In this document: positions 1 to 10,206 of the stretch, piece after piece
How positions within the stretch are numbered: the stretch's first letter is position 1
Layout of the letters: each line of letters begins with the position of its first letter
NCBI GenBank assembly: GCA_002688775.1
Contig: NZDH01000017.1
Location: 1-62,559 of the forward strand
Reading direction: 5' to 3'
Source: Candidatus Woesearchaeota archaeon
GTDB taxonomy: Archaea > Nanobdellota > Nanobdellia > Woesearchaeales > GW2011-AR4
Length of the DNA: 62,559 bases
Made by a program: the position numbers and the translations under genes
The notes under the pieces: generated by a model
Told to the model about the DNA's origin: nothing
What the model saw: only the letters and a program-made list of their open reading frames with translations
The model's database searches: none

Positions 1-318
1 ATCCTCATCCAGTTCTTTGTAGACATGTAGAGTCACTTCAACTCTATTCTCTGGATTAGCTGCTAGATATTTCACTATGGCTTCGTATCTATGATTTCCA
101 TCTATCAACCTGAACTTCCCGTTATCCTTATTTACGACGAAAGAAGAATCAAAGTGTTTGTTGTTTATTAGGCCATCAAAGATTGAATTAACGGTGCTCT
201 TTGCTATGTTTCTCCTATTGGTGAGGATTTCAAATTTTCCACTACGGATATCCCCATCCGTTATTTGATATTTCTGGGTTATGTACCCAACTCTTAATAC
301 TTGTTTTTGTCTTGTCAT
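1..318 (-). CDS. ParB/Sulfiredoxin-like (DGQHR-like) N-terminal domain protein, partial (runs off window)
   Basis: Manual translation MTRQKQVLRVGY...FVVNKDNGKFRLIDGNHRYEAI...; LIDGNHR motif; GGAGG RBS upstream; not in the ORF track. Confidence 0.7.
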   Translation of the reverse strand, partial: MTRQKQVLRVGYITQKYQITDGDIRSGKFEILTNRRNIAKSTVNSIFDGLINNKHFDSSFVVNKDNGKFRLIDGNHRYEAIVKYLAANPENRVEVTLHVYKELDED

Positions 319-510
319 TTTTTCCTCCAGGGGATTTTTTATGCCCTTAGGCGTTTATGTTACCCCGAATATAAGTTAGAAAGAGTAGCTTATTTATATA
401 TTTATCTGTTTATATGCTTCATAAACAATAAATTATCATTTTATGTGTACTATAACTTAGGAAACTGTCATTTATAATCTTTTTTTTAAACTAATTTGAA
501 ACTATAAACA

Positions 511-646
511 TAGAACTCCTCCCTAAAGTAAAAACTTAGGAGAACGTAGTGAACCATATAATCTACCGAGATTATGTGAAAGTGCCTCTCAGTTAAGATT
601 TACGGCGTGAGCCTCTCTATAGGTGTCTAAAAAAGTGAATATAACA
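511..646 (-). repeat. Structured non-coding element, copy L (candidate mobile-element end)
   Basis: Homologous to 62356-62541: TGTTA start, CCGTAAATCTT (11/11), GGTTCACTWCGTTCTCCYAARTTTT (22/25), GGAGTTCTA. Confidence 0.75.
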
Positions 647-667
647 CAGTTATGGCGAACTTTTTGT

Positions 668-934
668 TTATTCCATCTTCAAAAATTCATCAATATACTT
701 CATTATTTGATCTTTTTTCTCCAGATTAATAGAAACCTGTTTTCCATAACTTGTTTTTTTCAGGTACAGGATGTTTTCCTTTATCAGTTCGTGAGACATT
801 TCTTTTGCTTGTCCTTTCAAATCCGGTGGGAAGCCTTTTGGTAGGTTGTCTAAAGCAGTATGACTATGCTCAAACTTGCCTTTACGGGTTAATTTATGGA
901 GTATTTTACCTTTAATCTGTTCATCTGTCCACAC
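668..934 (-). CDS. Small hypothetical protein, possibly winged-helix; divergent partner of 999-1328
   Basis: 88-aa ORF, GTG start with GGTGG RBS. Confidence 0.7.
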   Translation of the reverse strand: MWTDEQIKGKILHKLTRKGKFEHSHTALDNLPKGFPPDLKGQAKEMSHELIKENILYLKKTSYGKQVSINLEKKDQIMKYIDEFLKME

Positions 935-935
935 A

Positions 936-957
936 AAAGTCCACCAAAATAGACTTT
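936..957. promoter_or_regulatory. Putative operator palindrome between divergent genes
   Basis: AAAGTCCA-N6-TAGACTTT imperfect inverted repeat overlapping the RBS of 668-934. Confidence 0.5.
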
Positions 958-998
958 GAATGACAAGATTTATATACTTTTGCTTTTAATTAAGTGTT

Positions 999-1328
999 AT
1001 GGGAGAAAAATCATTACTAGTAAGGTTAACTGGAGAAATGCCTTTATTTAAGATAATTGACTTTCTATTAGACAATAAAGGCATGGATTTCAGCAAGTTA
1101 GACATTTCAAAAGGCGCAGACATATCAAGGGCCTCTTTATTCAATTATTGGGAAGAGATAGAAAAGCACGGAATTGTAAAAGTAACAAGGAGTTTTGGTA
1201 AAACAAAACTATACACATTAAACACTAAAAATCCAGTCGCGCAAAAAATAATTGAATTGGAAAAAACCCTTATTGCCGAAGCAATGAATAACACCGGTAA
1301 AAGGAAAGAAATAGTTCTAAAACATTAA
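999..1328 (+). CDS. Winged-helix transcriptional regulator
   Basis: KIIDFLL...SKLDISKGADISRASLFNYW...GIVKVTRSFGKTKLYTLN wHTH pattern. Confidence 0.8.
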   Translation: MGEKSLLVRLTGEMPLFKIIDFLLDNKGMDFSKLDISKGADISRASLFNYWEEIEKHGIVKVTRSFGKTKLYTLNTKNPVAQKIIELEKTLIAEAMNNTGKRKEIVLKH

Positions 1329-1403
1329 ATTCTCACAATCTTTTAAATAACTCAATCCTCAAAGCAGAATTAAGCTACTCCTTATGCAAAAATCCATAAA
1401 CTT

Positions 1404-4118
1404 CTAAGATTCTTTCAAACTCTCTAGAACACTGCCCAATTTATCCAAATTAGAACCAATACCTTCCCAATCACCTTTACGCATTGATTCTTCAATGTCA
1501 TTGTAATAGTCCTGCGCAGATTCGATAAGCTCTTTTGCAGATTTTTCCACTCCTTTTTCAGCAACAACTATTCTCTTGGATTTTCCAAACAAAACTTCAA
1601 GTGCTTCACCTAAATTCTCTTCCATCACAACATTGATACCATCAGATACCAAAACTCGTTTTAGCTCCGGTAATTGGCCGGTTTCTGCTTCTATGTAAAG
1701 TGGTTCTATGTAAAGAATGCTGTCCATTATTGGTATTACAAGCAGATTCCCCCTTGTAACCCGTGAGCCTTGCTGGCTCCACAAAGTAAGCTGCTGTGAA
1801 ATCTCTGAATCCTGGTCGATCCTTGCTTCAATCTGGAGGGGACCATAAACCAGCTTGTCTTTTGGAAATTTATATACTACAAGTTTTCCATAATCGTCCC
1901 CATCAGACCGTGCAGCCATCCATGCCACCATGTTGTCTTTCTTTATTGGGGAGAAAGAGGTCATCAGCACAAATTCTTCCTTATTCTCACCGGGAAGTTT
2001 CATGATTATATAATAAGGATCTACCTTAACTTTTCGCCCGACACCGTAAACTTCACTCGGAATTTGCCAGGCATCTTCCTTATTGTAAAAGACCTTGACA
2101 TCTTCCATGTGATATGTGCTGTAAATATGGGTCTGTATATTGAATAAGTCTACTGGATACCTTATGTGCTTTCTCAAACCTTCCGGCATGCTGCTTATCT
2201 TCTTAAACTTGTTAGGGAATATTTTAGCATAGGTATCCATTAAAGGACCAGAAGTATCAGTAATATAGTAAGTTACCTTGCCGTCATAAGCATCAACAAC
2301 AATTTTTAAGGAGTTCCTTATATAATTTATATTGCTAAGCTTCTCAGAATAAGGAAAGTTTCCTGAAATAGTGTATGCATCCGCAATCCATACCAGACGG
2401 CCGTTGTAGATTACCACATAAGGATCGCTGTCCAAACTGATAAATGGCGTGATTTTTGATATTCTCTCAATAATATCCCTGTCAAACATTATTTTAGTCT
2501 CTTGTGTTATATCAGAAGACAATAAGATTTTAACGTCTGCAAACTTTATGGCCATTGACAATTTTTTCAGGAAAGTATCCAGCAAAATACCCCCCTTTCC
2601 ATCATAATTGATATATTCATTTGTATTCCCTTTGGGAAAATCAAACTCTTTGGTTTTTGTGTTGACCAGCACGAAATCATTGTCTGTTTCTCCATAATAT
2701 ACTCGTGGTTTCGAAATTTTCAAACCCACCTCATCAGTAGCATACTTTGGTGGGATGTCCTGGATAAGATAGTCAGGCAAGCCTTGCTTTGTGACCTTGT
2801 TAACAGGGCTCATCACCACTCCAAAACCATGAGTGTATACCATGTGCAGGTTTACCCAGGTTTTTGCATTCTCAGTTATCTGGTTTTGGTCCAATTCTCT
2901 TGGAGCTAACATTACTTGAGTATATTTTCCATCAATTTCATACCTGTCAATGTCTATGCCCGCCAGGTCATAATACAGCCTTATCTCCTGCGTTTGCTTG
3001 TATGTTTTAGTTAACGGCCTCCAATCCAGTATTCTTATATTATCTATGGTTTCAGAAGCTGTGCCCAGGATTGCAGAAGTCAGTTTTTCATCGGCAGAAA
3101 AATCTTTCTCCTCAACATTTTCCAGGCCATAAGCTATCCTGGTAAATCGTATGTTGTCCTCAATATAAGGCTTTTCAAGGTTTATCTCATTAGGCGAGAC
3201 TTTCAGGGACTGCACAATACCAGGAATTATAGTTGGCCCGACAAATCCAAACAAAATGTAAATGAATACAACATAAAACAAGATGTGCCTTTTTCTTAAT
3301 TTTCTTGATAAATAAAATACCCAGACCAGAAGCGCTATTGCCACAACAACGGCCAGCACCATCAGGATCTTGATTATTGGCAGATACGCAACAACATCAG
3401 AGTAACCAGCCCCTACAACAATTCCTTGTTGGGAGTACATTATTGAAAATCTTGAAAGATAATGTTTACCGGCCACCAATATAAAAAATATCGAAGATAA
3501 TATCCCCAGGTGTGCTATTGCTTTGGTCTTTGACAACAATATCTTGAAATCGAATACTGGCCTGGCAGTCGTTGCGGAATCCAGCGGGTTTGGTTTAATA
3601 AATTCCTGCTTAACAAATTGGCCAAAATATGATTTTAGATAGTCTAACAGGACTAGGATTATCGTGAGAACAACACAGCTCATCAAAAAACCCAGGATAA
3701 ATGAATAAAAAGGAAGTGTAAATATATAGAACGACACATCTTTTGCAAAAATTGGATCAGTTAAATTAAATGGTGTTTGCTTAAGATACTGAAGAATCTT
3801 AAACCATCCTGAAGAGACAACAAGACCAACCAATACAGATATTATTAAAGTGATGTACAGCTTAAATTTGAAAGGAAACTTGTCTTTCCCGGTGATTTTT
3901 GATGATATCCATAGATTAATGATAGCAAACAAAAAGAATATAAAAAATGCTGCAGCAAACAAGTTAATTTTAGAAAACAGGCTTATTAAAAAAATCTCCT
4001 TAAAACCAAGTGCATCAAACCATAAGAAATTAGTATATATCCTGGCTAAACTGGTTATAGAGAATATCAGCAGGATTATAACAGTCAAACCAAATCTTAG
4101 CATCCAATTCTTTCTCAT
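1404..4118 (-). CDS. UPF0182 family membrane protein
   Basis: N-terminal TM helices, DPIFAKDVSFYIFTLPF, YTHGFG, DAYT..FPYS, NYIRNSLK, RGNLLVIP motifs. Confidence 0.9.
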   Translation of the reverse strand: MRKNWMLRFGLTVIILLIFSITSLARIYTNFLWFDALGFKEIFLISLFSKINLFAAAFFIFFLFAIINLWISSKITGKDKFPFKFKLYITLIISVLVGLVVSSGWFKILQYLKQTPFNLTDPIFAKDVSFYIFTLPFYSFILGFLMSCVVLTIILVLLDYLKSYFGQFVKQEFIKPNPLDSATTARPVFDFKILLSKTKAIAHLGILSSIFFILVAGKHYLSRFSIMYSQQGIVVGAGYSDVVAYLPIIKILMVLAVVVAIALLVWVFYLSRKLRKRHILFYVVFIYILFGFVGPTIIPGIVQSLKVSPNEINLEKPYIEDNIRFTRIAYGLENVEEKDFSADEKLTSAILGTASETIDNIRILDWRPLTKTYKQTQEIRLYYDLAGIDIDRYEIDGKYTQVMLAPRELDQNQITENAKTWVNLHMVYTHGFGVVMSPVNKVTKQGLPDYLIQDIPPKYATDEVGLKISKPRVYYGETDNDFVLVNTKTKEFDFPKGNTNEYINYDGKGGILLDTFLKKLSMAIKFADVKILLSSDITQETKIMFDRDIIERISKITPFISLDSDPYVVIYNGRLVWIADAYTISGNFPYSEKLSNINYIRNSLKIVVDAYDGKVTYYITDTSGPLMDTYAKIFPNKFKKISSMPEGLRKHIRYPVDLFNIQTHIYSTYHMEDVKVFYNKEDAWQIPSEVYGVGRKVKVDPYYIIMKLPGENKEEFVLMTSFSPIKKDNMVAWMAARSDGDDYGKLVVYKFPKDKLVYGPLQIEARIDQDSEISQQLTLWSQQGSRVTRGNLLVIPIMDSILYIEPLYIEAETGQLPELKRVLVSDGINVVMEENLGEALEVLFGKSKRIVVAEKGVEKSAKELIESAQDYYNDIEESMRKGDWEGIGSNLDKLGSVLESLKES

Positions 4119-4162
4119 AATATCTGGATATTTGAGGTAGTTTTTAAATCTTTATAAGTAAC

Positions 4163-4717
4163 CTACTCCTTTATCCTTATGCAAGTATCGCAGAATTGAG
4201 AGATTTCTGAAATAGTTTTCTTGTCCGTATCTTCAACTACACTATAAATGATGGATTTAACATTCCATGCCCTGGCCTTTCCGCTAAGGCTGTGTATAAA
4301 TTGAATTACATTCTTCTCACTGTTGTATAGCATTAGTGTAGTTAGCGAGTCTAATATAAGCACTTTATCATTGCCTTTAGGTATGCTTTCAAGAGCATGT
4401 CCGATAGCGATAGAAATATTAGTAAGTGATTGCGGCTGGCAAAAAAGACTTTTGCTTGTTCCATGCATTTCCGTCCTCCCGGCTACAGGTGTTGCACAAT
4501 CAATAAAGAACATCTTATCAGTTTTGATGTTGTTTCTTTCCAATATCTTGGTTACAGTCATATAGGGTTTGGTAAAAGTTGTGTACACAAATACTGGTTT
4601 TTTTGTGTCGGAAATGTACTTTAAAACTTGAAAATTTGTCTGCTACACTAATTCGCTTGGAACAACAATAAATACCAGATCATTATTTTTTATTGACTCT
4701 AAGTCTAGTTTTACCAA
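4163..4717 (-). pseudogene. KaiC/RecA-superfamily ATPase-like protein with an in-frame TAG at codon 25
   Basis: TTG start at 4717 after GGTGA RBS; MVKLDLESIKNNDLVFIVVPSELV*QTNFQV... in frame with ORF 4163-4588; LILDSLTTLMLYN motif. Confidence 0.6.
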
Positions 4718-4739
4718 AATTTCACCCGGTTTAGATTAA

Positions 4740-5168
4740 TTATACAGATTTAATGCCTTTCTTGAATTTGTCAAGGGCAAGTGCCTGTCTTTGCTTCACA
4801 AAATACTTAATCATATCACTTTGGGTTATGATTCCGACAAGCTTTTTCCCCTTCATGACAGCCAATCTTTTGATGTTGTTCTTTTCCATTACAGCATCCG
4901 CATAATAGATATCCGCGTCAGGGCTGATTGATTTCAAAGGCGAACTCATGATTTCTTTTACATTTATTATGCAGCAATTTAAATTATTAGCCACACCCTC
5001 CCAGGCCACATCTCTCTCAGTGACAATTCCAACAGGATTTTTACCCTTTAGGACAATTAAGCACCCAATCTTTTTCTTGCGCATAGTTCTCGCAACAGAT
5101 TGTATAGTATCCTTAACATCACAGGTCACGACCTTTTTTACCATTATTCTTTGGACTGCATAAACCAT
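4740..5168 (-). CDS. CBS-domain pair protein
   Basis: Two CBS repeats (IGCLIV..PVGIVTERD; IKRLAV..LVGIITQSD). Confidence 0.9.
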   Translation of the reverse strand: MVYAVQRIMVKKVVTCDVKDTIQSVARTMRKKKIGCLIVLKGKNPVGIVTERDVAWEGVANNLNCCIINVKEIMSSPLKSISPDADIYYADAVMEKNNIKRLAVMKGKKLVGIITQSDMIKYFVKQRQALALDKFKKGIKSV

Positions 5169-5254
5169 GGATATATTAAATTAATAAGTACTTTAAATAA
5201 ATGTCGTTTTTAGTCTGCACAACCTTTAAATAATTCCATTGTAAACTCTTTTCT

Positions 5255-6145
5255 ATGGACGAAGAAACCAAGCAAAACTACATCAAAGCAGGAAGGATCT
5301 CTGCAGAAGTATTGGAATTTGGAAAATCTTTGATAAAGAAGGGCAATTCAATTCTTGATTCAACTGAAAAGATTGAAAAGAAGATCTTTGAGTTAGGTGG
5401 AAAGCCTGCATTTCCTGTTCAGTTTTCCTGCGATCAAATTGCTGCGCATTTCTGCGTTGAAGATGATGACAAAACAGTATTTGATGAGCAAGTTATAAGC
5501 TTGGACTTAGGAGTTCACATTAATGGAGCAATCGGTGACACTGCATATACAATAGATTTATCAGGAAAATACGCTGATTTAGTCAAAGCAGCGCAAAAAG
5601 CCCTTGAAGAAGCATTAAAAATAGTGGATGTTGGGACTGAACTAGGTCAAATTGGAAAAGTTATCAATGACACAATCTCAGGTTACGGCTTTAATCCTGT
5701 AAGAAACCTTTCAGGCCACGGTCTGGATCTGTATAACATACATACAAAACCGACAATCCCGAATTTTGACACAGGAGACAAGACAACTTTAAAAAAAGAC
5801 ATGACTTTTGCAGTTGAACCGTTCGCAACAACCGGCTCAGGAGTTGTTGGAGAAAAAGGCCTGCCAACTGTATTCATGATGAAAAACAGGAAGCCTGTCA
5901 GAAGCCCTATAACAAGAGAAATCTTAAAGCAAATAGATACATATGAAAACTTGCCATTTGCAAAAAGATGGCTAACCCAAAGATTTGGAGCAAAAACAAA
6001 CTTTGCAATAAAAGAATTAACCCAATTGGAAATTATCCATAATTACCCTCCTTTAGTTGAGGTTAACAATGGCATTGTATCGCAGGCAGAACATTCTGTT
6101 TTGATTGATGGTGAAGGGGAAGTTACAATATTAACAAAATTATGA
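5255..6145 (+). CDS. map: Methionine aminopeptidase type II
   Basis: PAFP, AAHF, LDLGVHINGAIGDTA, NLSGHGL, FAVEPFAT, SQAEHS. Confidence 0.95.
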   Translation: MDEETKQNYIKAGRISAEVLEFGKSLIKKGNSILDSTEKIEKKIFELGGKPAFPVQFSCDQIAAHFCVEDDDKTVFDEQVISLDLGVHINGAIGDTAYTIDLSGKYADLVKAAQKALEEALKIVDVGTELGQIGKVINDTISGYGFNPVRNLSGHGLDLYNIHTKPTIPNFDTGDKTTLKKDMTFAVEPFATTGSGVVGEKGLPTVFMMKNRKPVRSPITREILKQIDTYENLPFAKRWLTQRFGAKTNFAIKELTQLEIIHNYPPLVEVNNGIVSQAEHSVLIDGEGEVTILTKL

Positions 6146-7408
6146 TTTTAATTTTTTTATAACATCATCAATACTCATTAACTCTTCCTTCCCGCTCTTC
6201 ATGTCCCTTAACTTCAGTTTATTATCTTCCAGTTCTTTTTTTCCGACAAAAACAACGTATGGAATGCCTAAAGAATTAGCAAACTCAAGATTCTTGCTAG
6301 GACCCCTATCCATAGAATCAATATCTGTATTTATTCCAGCATCTCTTAATTTTTGAGCTATTTTCATGCTTTCGTCTAATGTCTTGATCGGAATGACATA
6401 AATTTTTGTATTGGTTTTCTGCTTATTTTTTTGTTTAATGGCATCGTAGATCCTGTCAACACCAAAGCTGACACCGACTGCCGGAAAATTTCCTTTGCCT
6501 AAGAATGCTCCAATCATGTTGTCATATCTTCCGCCGGCGCAGACAGAACTTTTTACATTGCTATTTTTGATGAACGTTTCAGCAACAGTCCCTGTGTAAT
6601 AAGACAATCCTCTTGCTAAAGAAACATCAAAATCAGCTTCAAAGTTTATATTTTTCAGGAATTTCAATAATTGCTGTATCTCCTCCAAACCTTCAGATTC
6701 TTTTATCATATTCTTTATTTGCGCTATTTTTTCTTCATTATTCCCCTTTATGTTCAGGATATCGATTATCTTGCCGATTGTTTTGTCGTCTATATCTTGT
6801 TTTTTCAATTCACCTTTGACAACATCGATGCCCATTTTCTCTAATTTATCAATCGAAAGGATTACAGCTTCTTGTTTGTTTTTTTCAATACCGCAATAGT
6901 CAAGAACATCATTAAGCAATTTCCTGTTGTTTACTTTGATAACAACATCAAGATTCAGTTTTTTAAAAGCAGAATAAATCAAGGCCATTATTTCAGCATC
7001 AGCAGACATTGAAGATGAGCCGACAACATCAACATCGCATTGGGTGAACTGCCTGTATCTAGAAGAACCTACAGGGCCATCCCTGAAAACTTCCCCAATT
7101 TGGTAACGCTTGAAAGGCATCTTCATTGCAGGATTCATGCCAACAAATCTGCACATTGGAACTGTTAAATCATATCTTAACCCAAGTTCTCTATCTCCTT
7201 GATCTTTCAACCTAAATGTTTCCTTCAAAATCTCATTGCCGCCGGCATATTTCGAAGACAAAACATCATATTTCTCAAGCAAAGGCGTTTCCAAAGGAGC
7301 ATAACCATACAGTTCAAACACTTCTTTCAGAGTATTAACTATCTTATCCTTGGCAATCTTCTCTTCAGGTGCAATATCCCTTGTTCCTTTTGGTAGTTGT
7401 AAGTCCAT
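6140..7408 (-). CDS. hisS: Histidyl-tRNA synthetase
   Basis: PKGTRD, LRYDLTVP, RYRQFTQCDVD, LARGLSYYTG, AGGRYD. Confidence 0.97.
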   Translation of the reverse strand: MDLQLPKGTRDIAPEEKIAKDKIVNTLKEVFELYGYAPLETPLLEKYDVLSSKYAGGNEILKETFRLKDQGDRELGLRYDLTVPMCRFVGMNPAMKMPFKRYQIGEVFRDGPVGSSRYRQFTQCDVDVVGSSSMSADAEIMALIYSAFKKLNLDVVIKVNNRKLLNDVLDYCGIEKNKQEAVILSIDKLEKMGIDVVKGELKKQDIDDKTIGKIIDILNIKGNNEEKIAQIKNMIKESEGLEEIQQLLKFLKNINFEADFDVSLARGLSYYTGTVAETFIKNSNVKSSVCAGGRYDNMIGAFLGKGNFPAVGVSFGVDRIYDAIKQKNKQKTNTKIYVIPIKTLDESMKIAQKLRDAGINTDIDSMDRGPSKNLEFANSLGIPYVVFVGKKELEDNKLKLRDMKSGKEELMSIDDVIKKLKS

Positions 7409-7416
7409 TTTGAGTT

Positions 7417-8346
7417 CTATTTGGATTTTGGATTATTTCTATAATTTTGCCAATATAATTCATTCCATACTATCGGCATTCTTGAAAGTATTTGAAGCTG
7501 TTTTTCAATAGGGAGTTGAAGCCATTCTCTCCAATGATATCTTGAAATGTCTTTAGGCCAAGCATCCGAAATGCCCCCTTTCCCAAACTGATTATCTCTG
7601 CTCAGCTGATTCCAATGCCCCGACATCTGATCAGGATGTTGCCTATAGAAAAATAAAGGGTTTGGAAGGTGAGATGCTTCTCCATTATCTCCAAGTTCTG
7701 CTACATGTCTTAATTTTTTATCGCGATTGGATGTTTTTAAGTCGATTGGGATTCCTGCTAAAAATACATCAGTTAGTACAAGGGCATTCCCTGGGATGTA
7801 ATTAGTATTTTTTTTAGGATTTGGATCGAAATAAGTTTCCCTGGTAAATTCCCGTGCAACTCCTTTTGCAAATATTCTGCCTTCTTTGTCTATTAAAAGA
7901 TTATCAGAGTAAACCATAACTACATTGGGATTTTGTGAATTTTTTATGGTCATATGGTTAAACAGGTTATCAACAAATAGTGGATAGATATTATCGTCAG
8001 CATCAGCAACAAATGTAAATTTGCTTCTTTCTTTATTGATATATGGTTTTCCAGCTTCTATTGCCTTATTTTTACCCCCTTGGGGAGTAGAATGAACAAT
8101 AAACTGTTCAAATACCCAACCATATTGAGTTTGTAATTCCTTTAAAATATCTAATTCACCTGGATTGCTTCCATCATCTACAACAATAAGTTCAAGGTTA
8201 CCTCTTTGTAAAAAAGTTTGCATAGCTATGTTTTCAACTGCTTCACTTACATAATCTCCGGCATTGTGATCTGGCATTACAATAGACACTAATGGTCTTC
8301 CTCCAGATGCTTCAACTCTTGTATCGATACTTGGCATTTTTATCAA
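7417..8346 (-). CDS. Glycosyltransferase family 2
   Basis: PLVSIVMP, ELIVVDDGS, DADD motif, LFFYRQH. Confidence 0.8.
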   Translation of the reverse strand: MIKMPSIDTRVEASGGRPLVSIVMPDHNAGDYVSEAVENIAMQTFLQRGNLELIVVDDGSNPGELDILKELQTQYGWVFEQFIVHSTPQGGKNKAIEAGKPYINKERSKFTFVADADDNIYPLFVDNLFNHMTIKNSQNPNVVMVYSDNLLIDKEGRIFAKGVAREFTRETYFDPNPKKNTNYIPGNALVLTDVFLAGIPIDLKTSNRDKKLRHVAELGDNGEASHLPNPLFFYRQHPDQMSGHWNQLSRDNQFGKGGISDAWPKDISRYHWREWLQLPIEKQLQILSRMPIVWNELYWQNYRNNPKSK

Positions 8347-8435
8347 TGAATATACTTAAATTTAGAGTACTTAGAAAAATAATCCTATTTAAAAAAGTTT
8401 GTAATAGAATTGCATCCAAAGTGTATAATCTAGTC

Positions 8436-9041
8436 TTAGCTACCTTTCTTCGCCCTATACCTTCCTCTTTTTTCAACTACTTCCAGTCTTTTAAGTGTCT
8501 CACTTGCCATATTTGCCTCTTTCCTGTAAGCGTCAAGTGCAATTTTAATGCATTTTTCCCAGATTTTGTAGTGTTTTGACTCCAACGCTTCCTTCAAAAG
8601 ATGCAGATCAACAGCTTTATCCTCCGCTTTATCAGAGAAAAACGACAACCCAAAGTCAATGAAGTAGATTTCTTTGTTTAAGATCATATTAGAAGTTGTT
8701 AAATCCCCGTGAATTATTGAATTATTATGCAGAATTGCAACTTTCTTTCCTATTTCAACAGCTAATTTTTTATAGTTTTTATCCAAAACATCTTTTACTA
8801 ATTTTCCATCAATTTTTTCTATAACTAAATTCTCTTTTCCATCATTTTTTAGCAATTTTGGAGAAGGAAAATTGATGTTTGCTAATTTTTGCAGCACTTT
8901 TGCTTCTCTTCTTGTCCTGAAACCTCTTAATTTGTCATCAATCTCTTTGATCCTATAGGTTTTTTTGAATCTGTTCTTCTGTATTCTACTATCTACCAAA
9001 AATAGTTTTGCTTCTGCTCCTTGGGCTAAAAGTTTTTTCAT
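8436..9041 (-). CDS. bud32: KEOPS kinase Bud32
   Basis: Probable start MKKLLAQGAEA; RTRREAK, IIHGDLTTSN, IDFGL, EDKAVDL. Confidence 0.93.
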   Translation of the reverse strand: MKKLLAQGAEAKLFLVDSRIQKNRFKKTYRIKEIDDKLRGFRTRREAKVLQKLANINFPSPKLLKNDGKENLVIEKIDGKLVKDVLDKNYKKLAVEIGKKVAILHNNSIIHGDLTTSNMILNKEIYFIDFGLSFFSDKAEDKAVDLHLLKEALESKHYKIWEKCIKIALDAYRKEANMASETLKRLEVVEKRGRYRAKKGS

Positions 9042-9078
9042 TAAAAGATGAAATATATTTTTATTTAAAAATATATGG

Positions 9079-9810
9079 TTATCGTTTTGCTGTCCTCCAA
9101 AGTATATCAAAATTCTTCCTATAACTTTTTGCAATAATCTTGTTTCTAATTAGAATACACAAAGGATCATCTTCTAAAAGTAAAATTGCTACATTATCTC
9201 CATATACTCTATGCGCTGTTGGAGAATAAAATGGATTAGGAAGAAACCTAACATCAACTAAAGGGTTTTTTGTGTATGTCATCCCTCTAGAGTCTTCAGG
9301 ATAAATCAGTTTTGCGTGAATTTTCTTGTCTTTTCTGCTATTCACGTAATGGACAAAATAATATCTAAGAAGAGATTCTATTCTTCGTTCAGGTCCCCAT
9401 CCAACATAATCTTTTCCTGTGTTCAATATATCCTCAAAGACTGTTTTCAGGCCTTGTTTTCCCTTGAAATACTGCACTTCGTGCTTCGTATAAAATTTTG
9501 TTTCTTGCAGCCTTTTTAGATCAGGAAGTATGGTTTTTAGCTGATCTTCCCTTTCTTTAACAAGTGAAAGCAATTTGTTAGGATCAACAGCCTCAAAATA
9601 GGTCTTATTCTGGAATGTTGTAACTGAAACTAAACCTTTTTTATGAAGCCTTTGCAAGCAGCTATAAACGGAAGTTCTATGCATGTTGGTTATTTTGGTA
9701 ATATTCTTTGCAATAGTTGAACCGGTCTTAAGAAGCTCAATATAAACAATTGATTCGTTTCTTGTCAATCCAATCTCTTGGAGTATATGAATACTAGGTA
9801 TCTTCAGCAT
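9079..9810 (-). CDS. TrmB-family transcriptional regulator
   Basis: LQEIGLTRNESIVYIELL, HRTSVYSCLQRLHKKGLV, PLD-like effector domain (VYGDNVAI). Confidence 0.88.
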   Translation of the reverse strand: MLKIPSIHILQEIGLTRNESIVYIELLKTGSTIAKNITKITNMHRTSVYSCLQRLHKKGLVSVTTFQNKTYFEAVDPNKLLSLVKEREDQLKTILPDLKRLQETKFYTKHEVQYFKGKQGLKTVFEDILNTGKDYVGWGPERRIESLLRYYFVHYVNSRKDKKIHAKLIYPEDSRGMTYTKNPLVDVRFLPNPFYSPTAHRVYGDNVAILLLEDDPLCILIRNKIIAKSYRKNFDILWRTAKR

Positions 9811-9841
9811 TACATTTATACAAATACATCTGCTATATAAA

Positions 9842-9863
9842 TGTTGTCATGTTTGTGACAACA
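9842..9863. promoter_or_regulatory. Putative TrmB operator
   Basis: Perfect inverted repeat TGTTGTCA-N6-TGACAACA between divergent genes, flanked by TATA-like boxes. Confidence 0.6.
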
Positions 9864-9901
9864 AATATTTATATATGAATTATCAGAATTATAAGATATA
9901 A

Positions 9902-10174
9902 GTGGAGGAATTAAAAATGACTTATAGTATAGCTCATGTGGTTGATAGTACATATCAAAGAATGAATAATACACCCTATATGTTAAGATTTGGATCTCTA
10001 CACAGACAACATGCTAGGGAGTTTATAGATGCTCTTGAGGAACTATTTAGTCGTGCTCCTTATGAAATGGGCGGCAAATACACTCATAAACAATTGATCA
10101 TTATGAGAGAAGAAGCATTAGCAATTATAGATGGAAGTTCAGCTCCACCACGAGGTCATATTCTTCGTGATTAA
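9902..10174 (+). CDS. Hypothetical protein
   Basis: ORF with GGAGG RBS before an internal ATG; no recognised motif. Confidence 0.55.
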   Translation: MEELKMTYSIAHVVDSTYQRMNNTPYMLRFGSLHRQHAREFIDALEELFSRAPYEMGGKYTHKQLIIMREEALAIIDGSSAPPRGHILRD

Positions 10175-10206
10175 TTTTTTTAAATATTAAGTTCTTATAA
10201 CTTTTA

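Noticed and set aside
450-657. Classical integron attC site (CCATAAC...GTTATAG)
   Set aside because: About 205 nt with weak inner-box pairing, no integrase in view, and the right-end homologue lacks the first box; kept only as an alternative reading.
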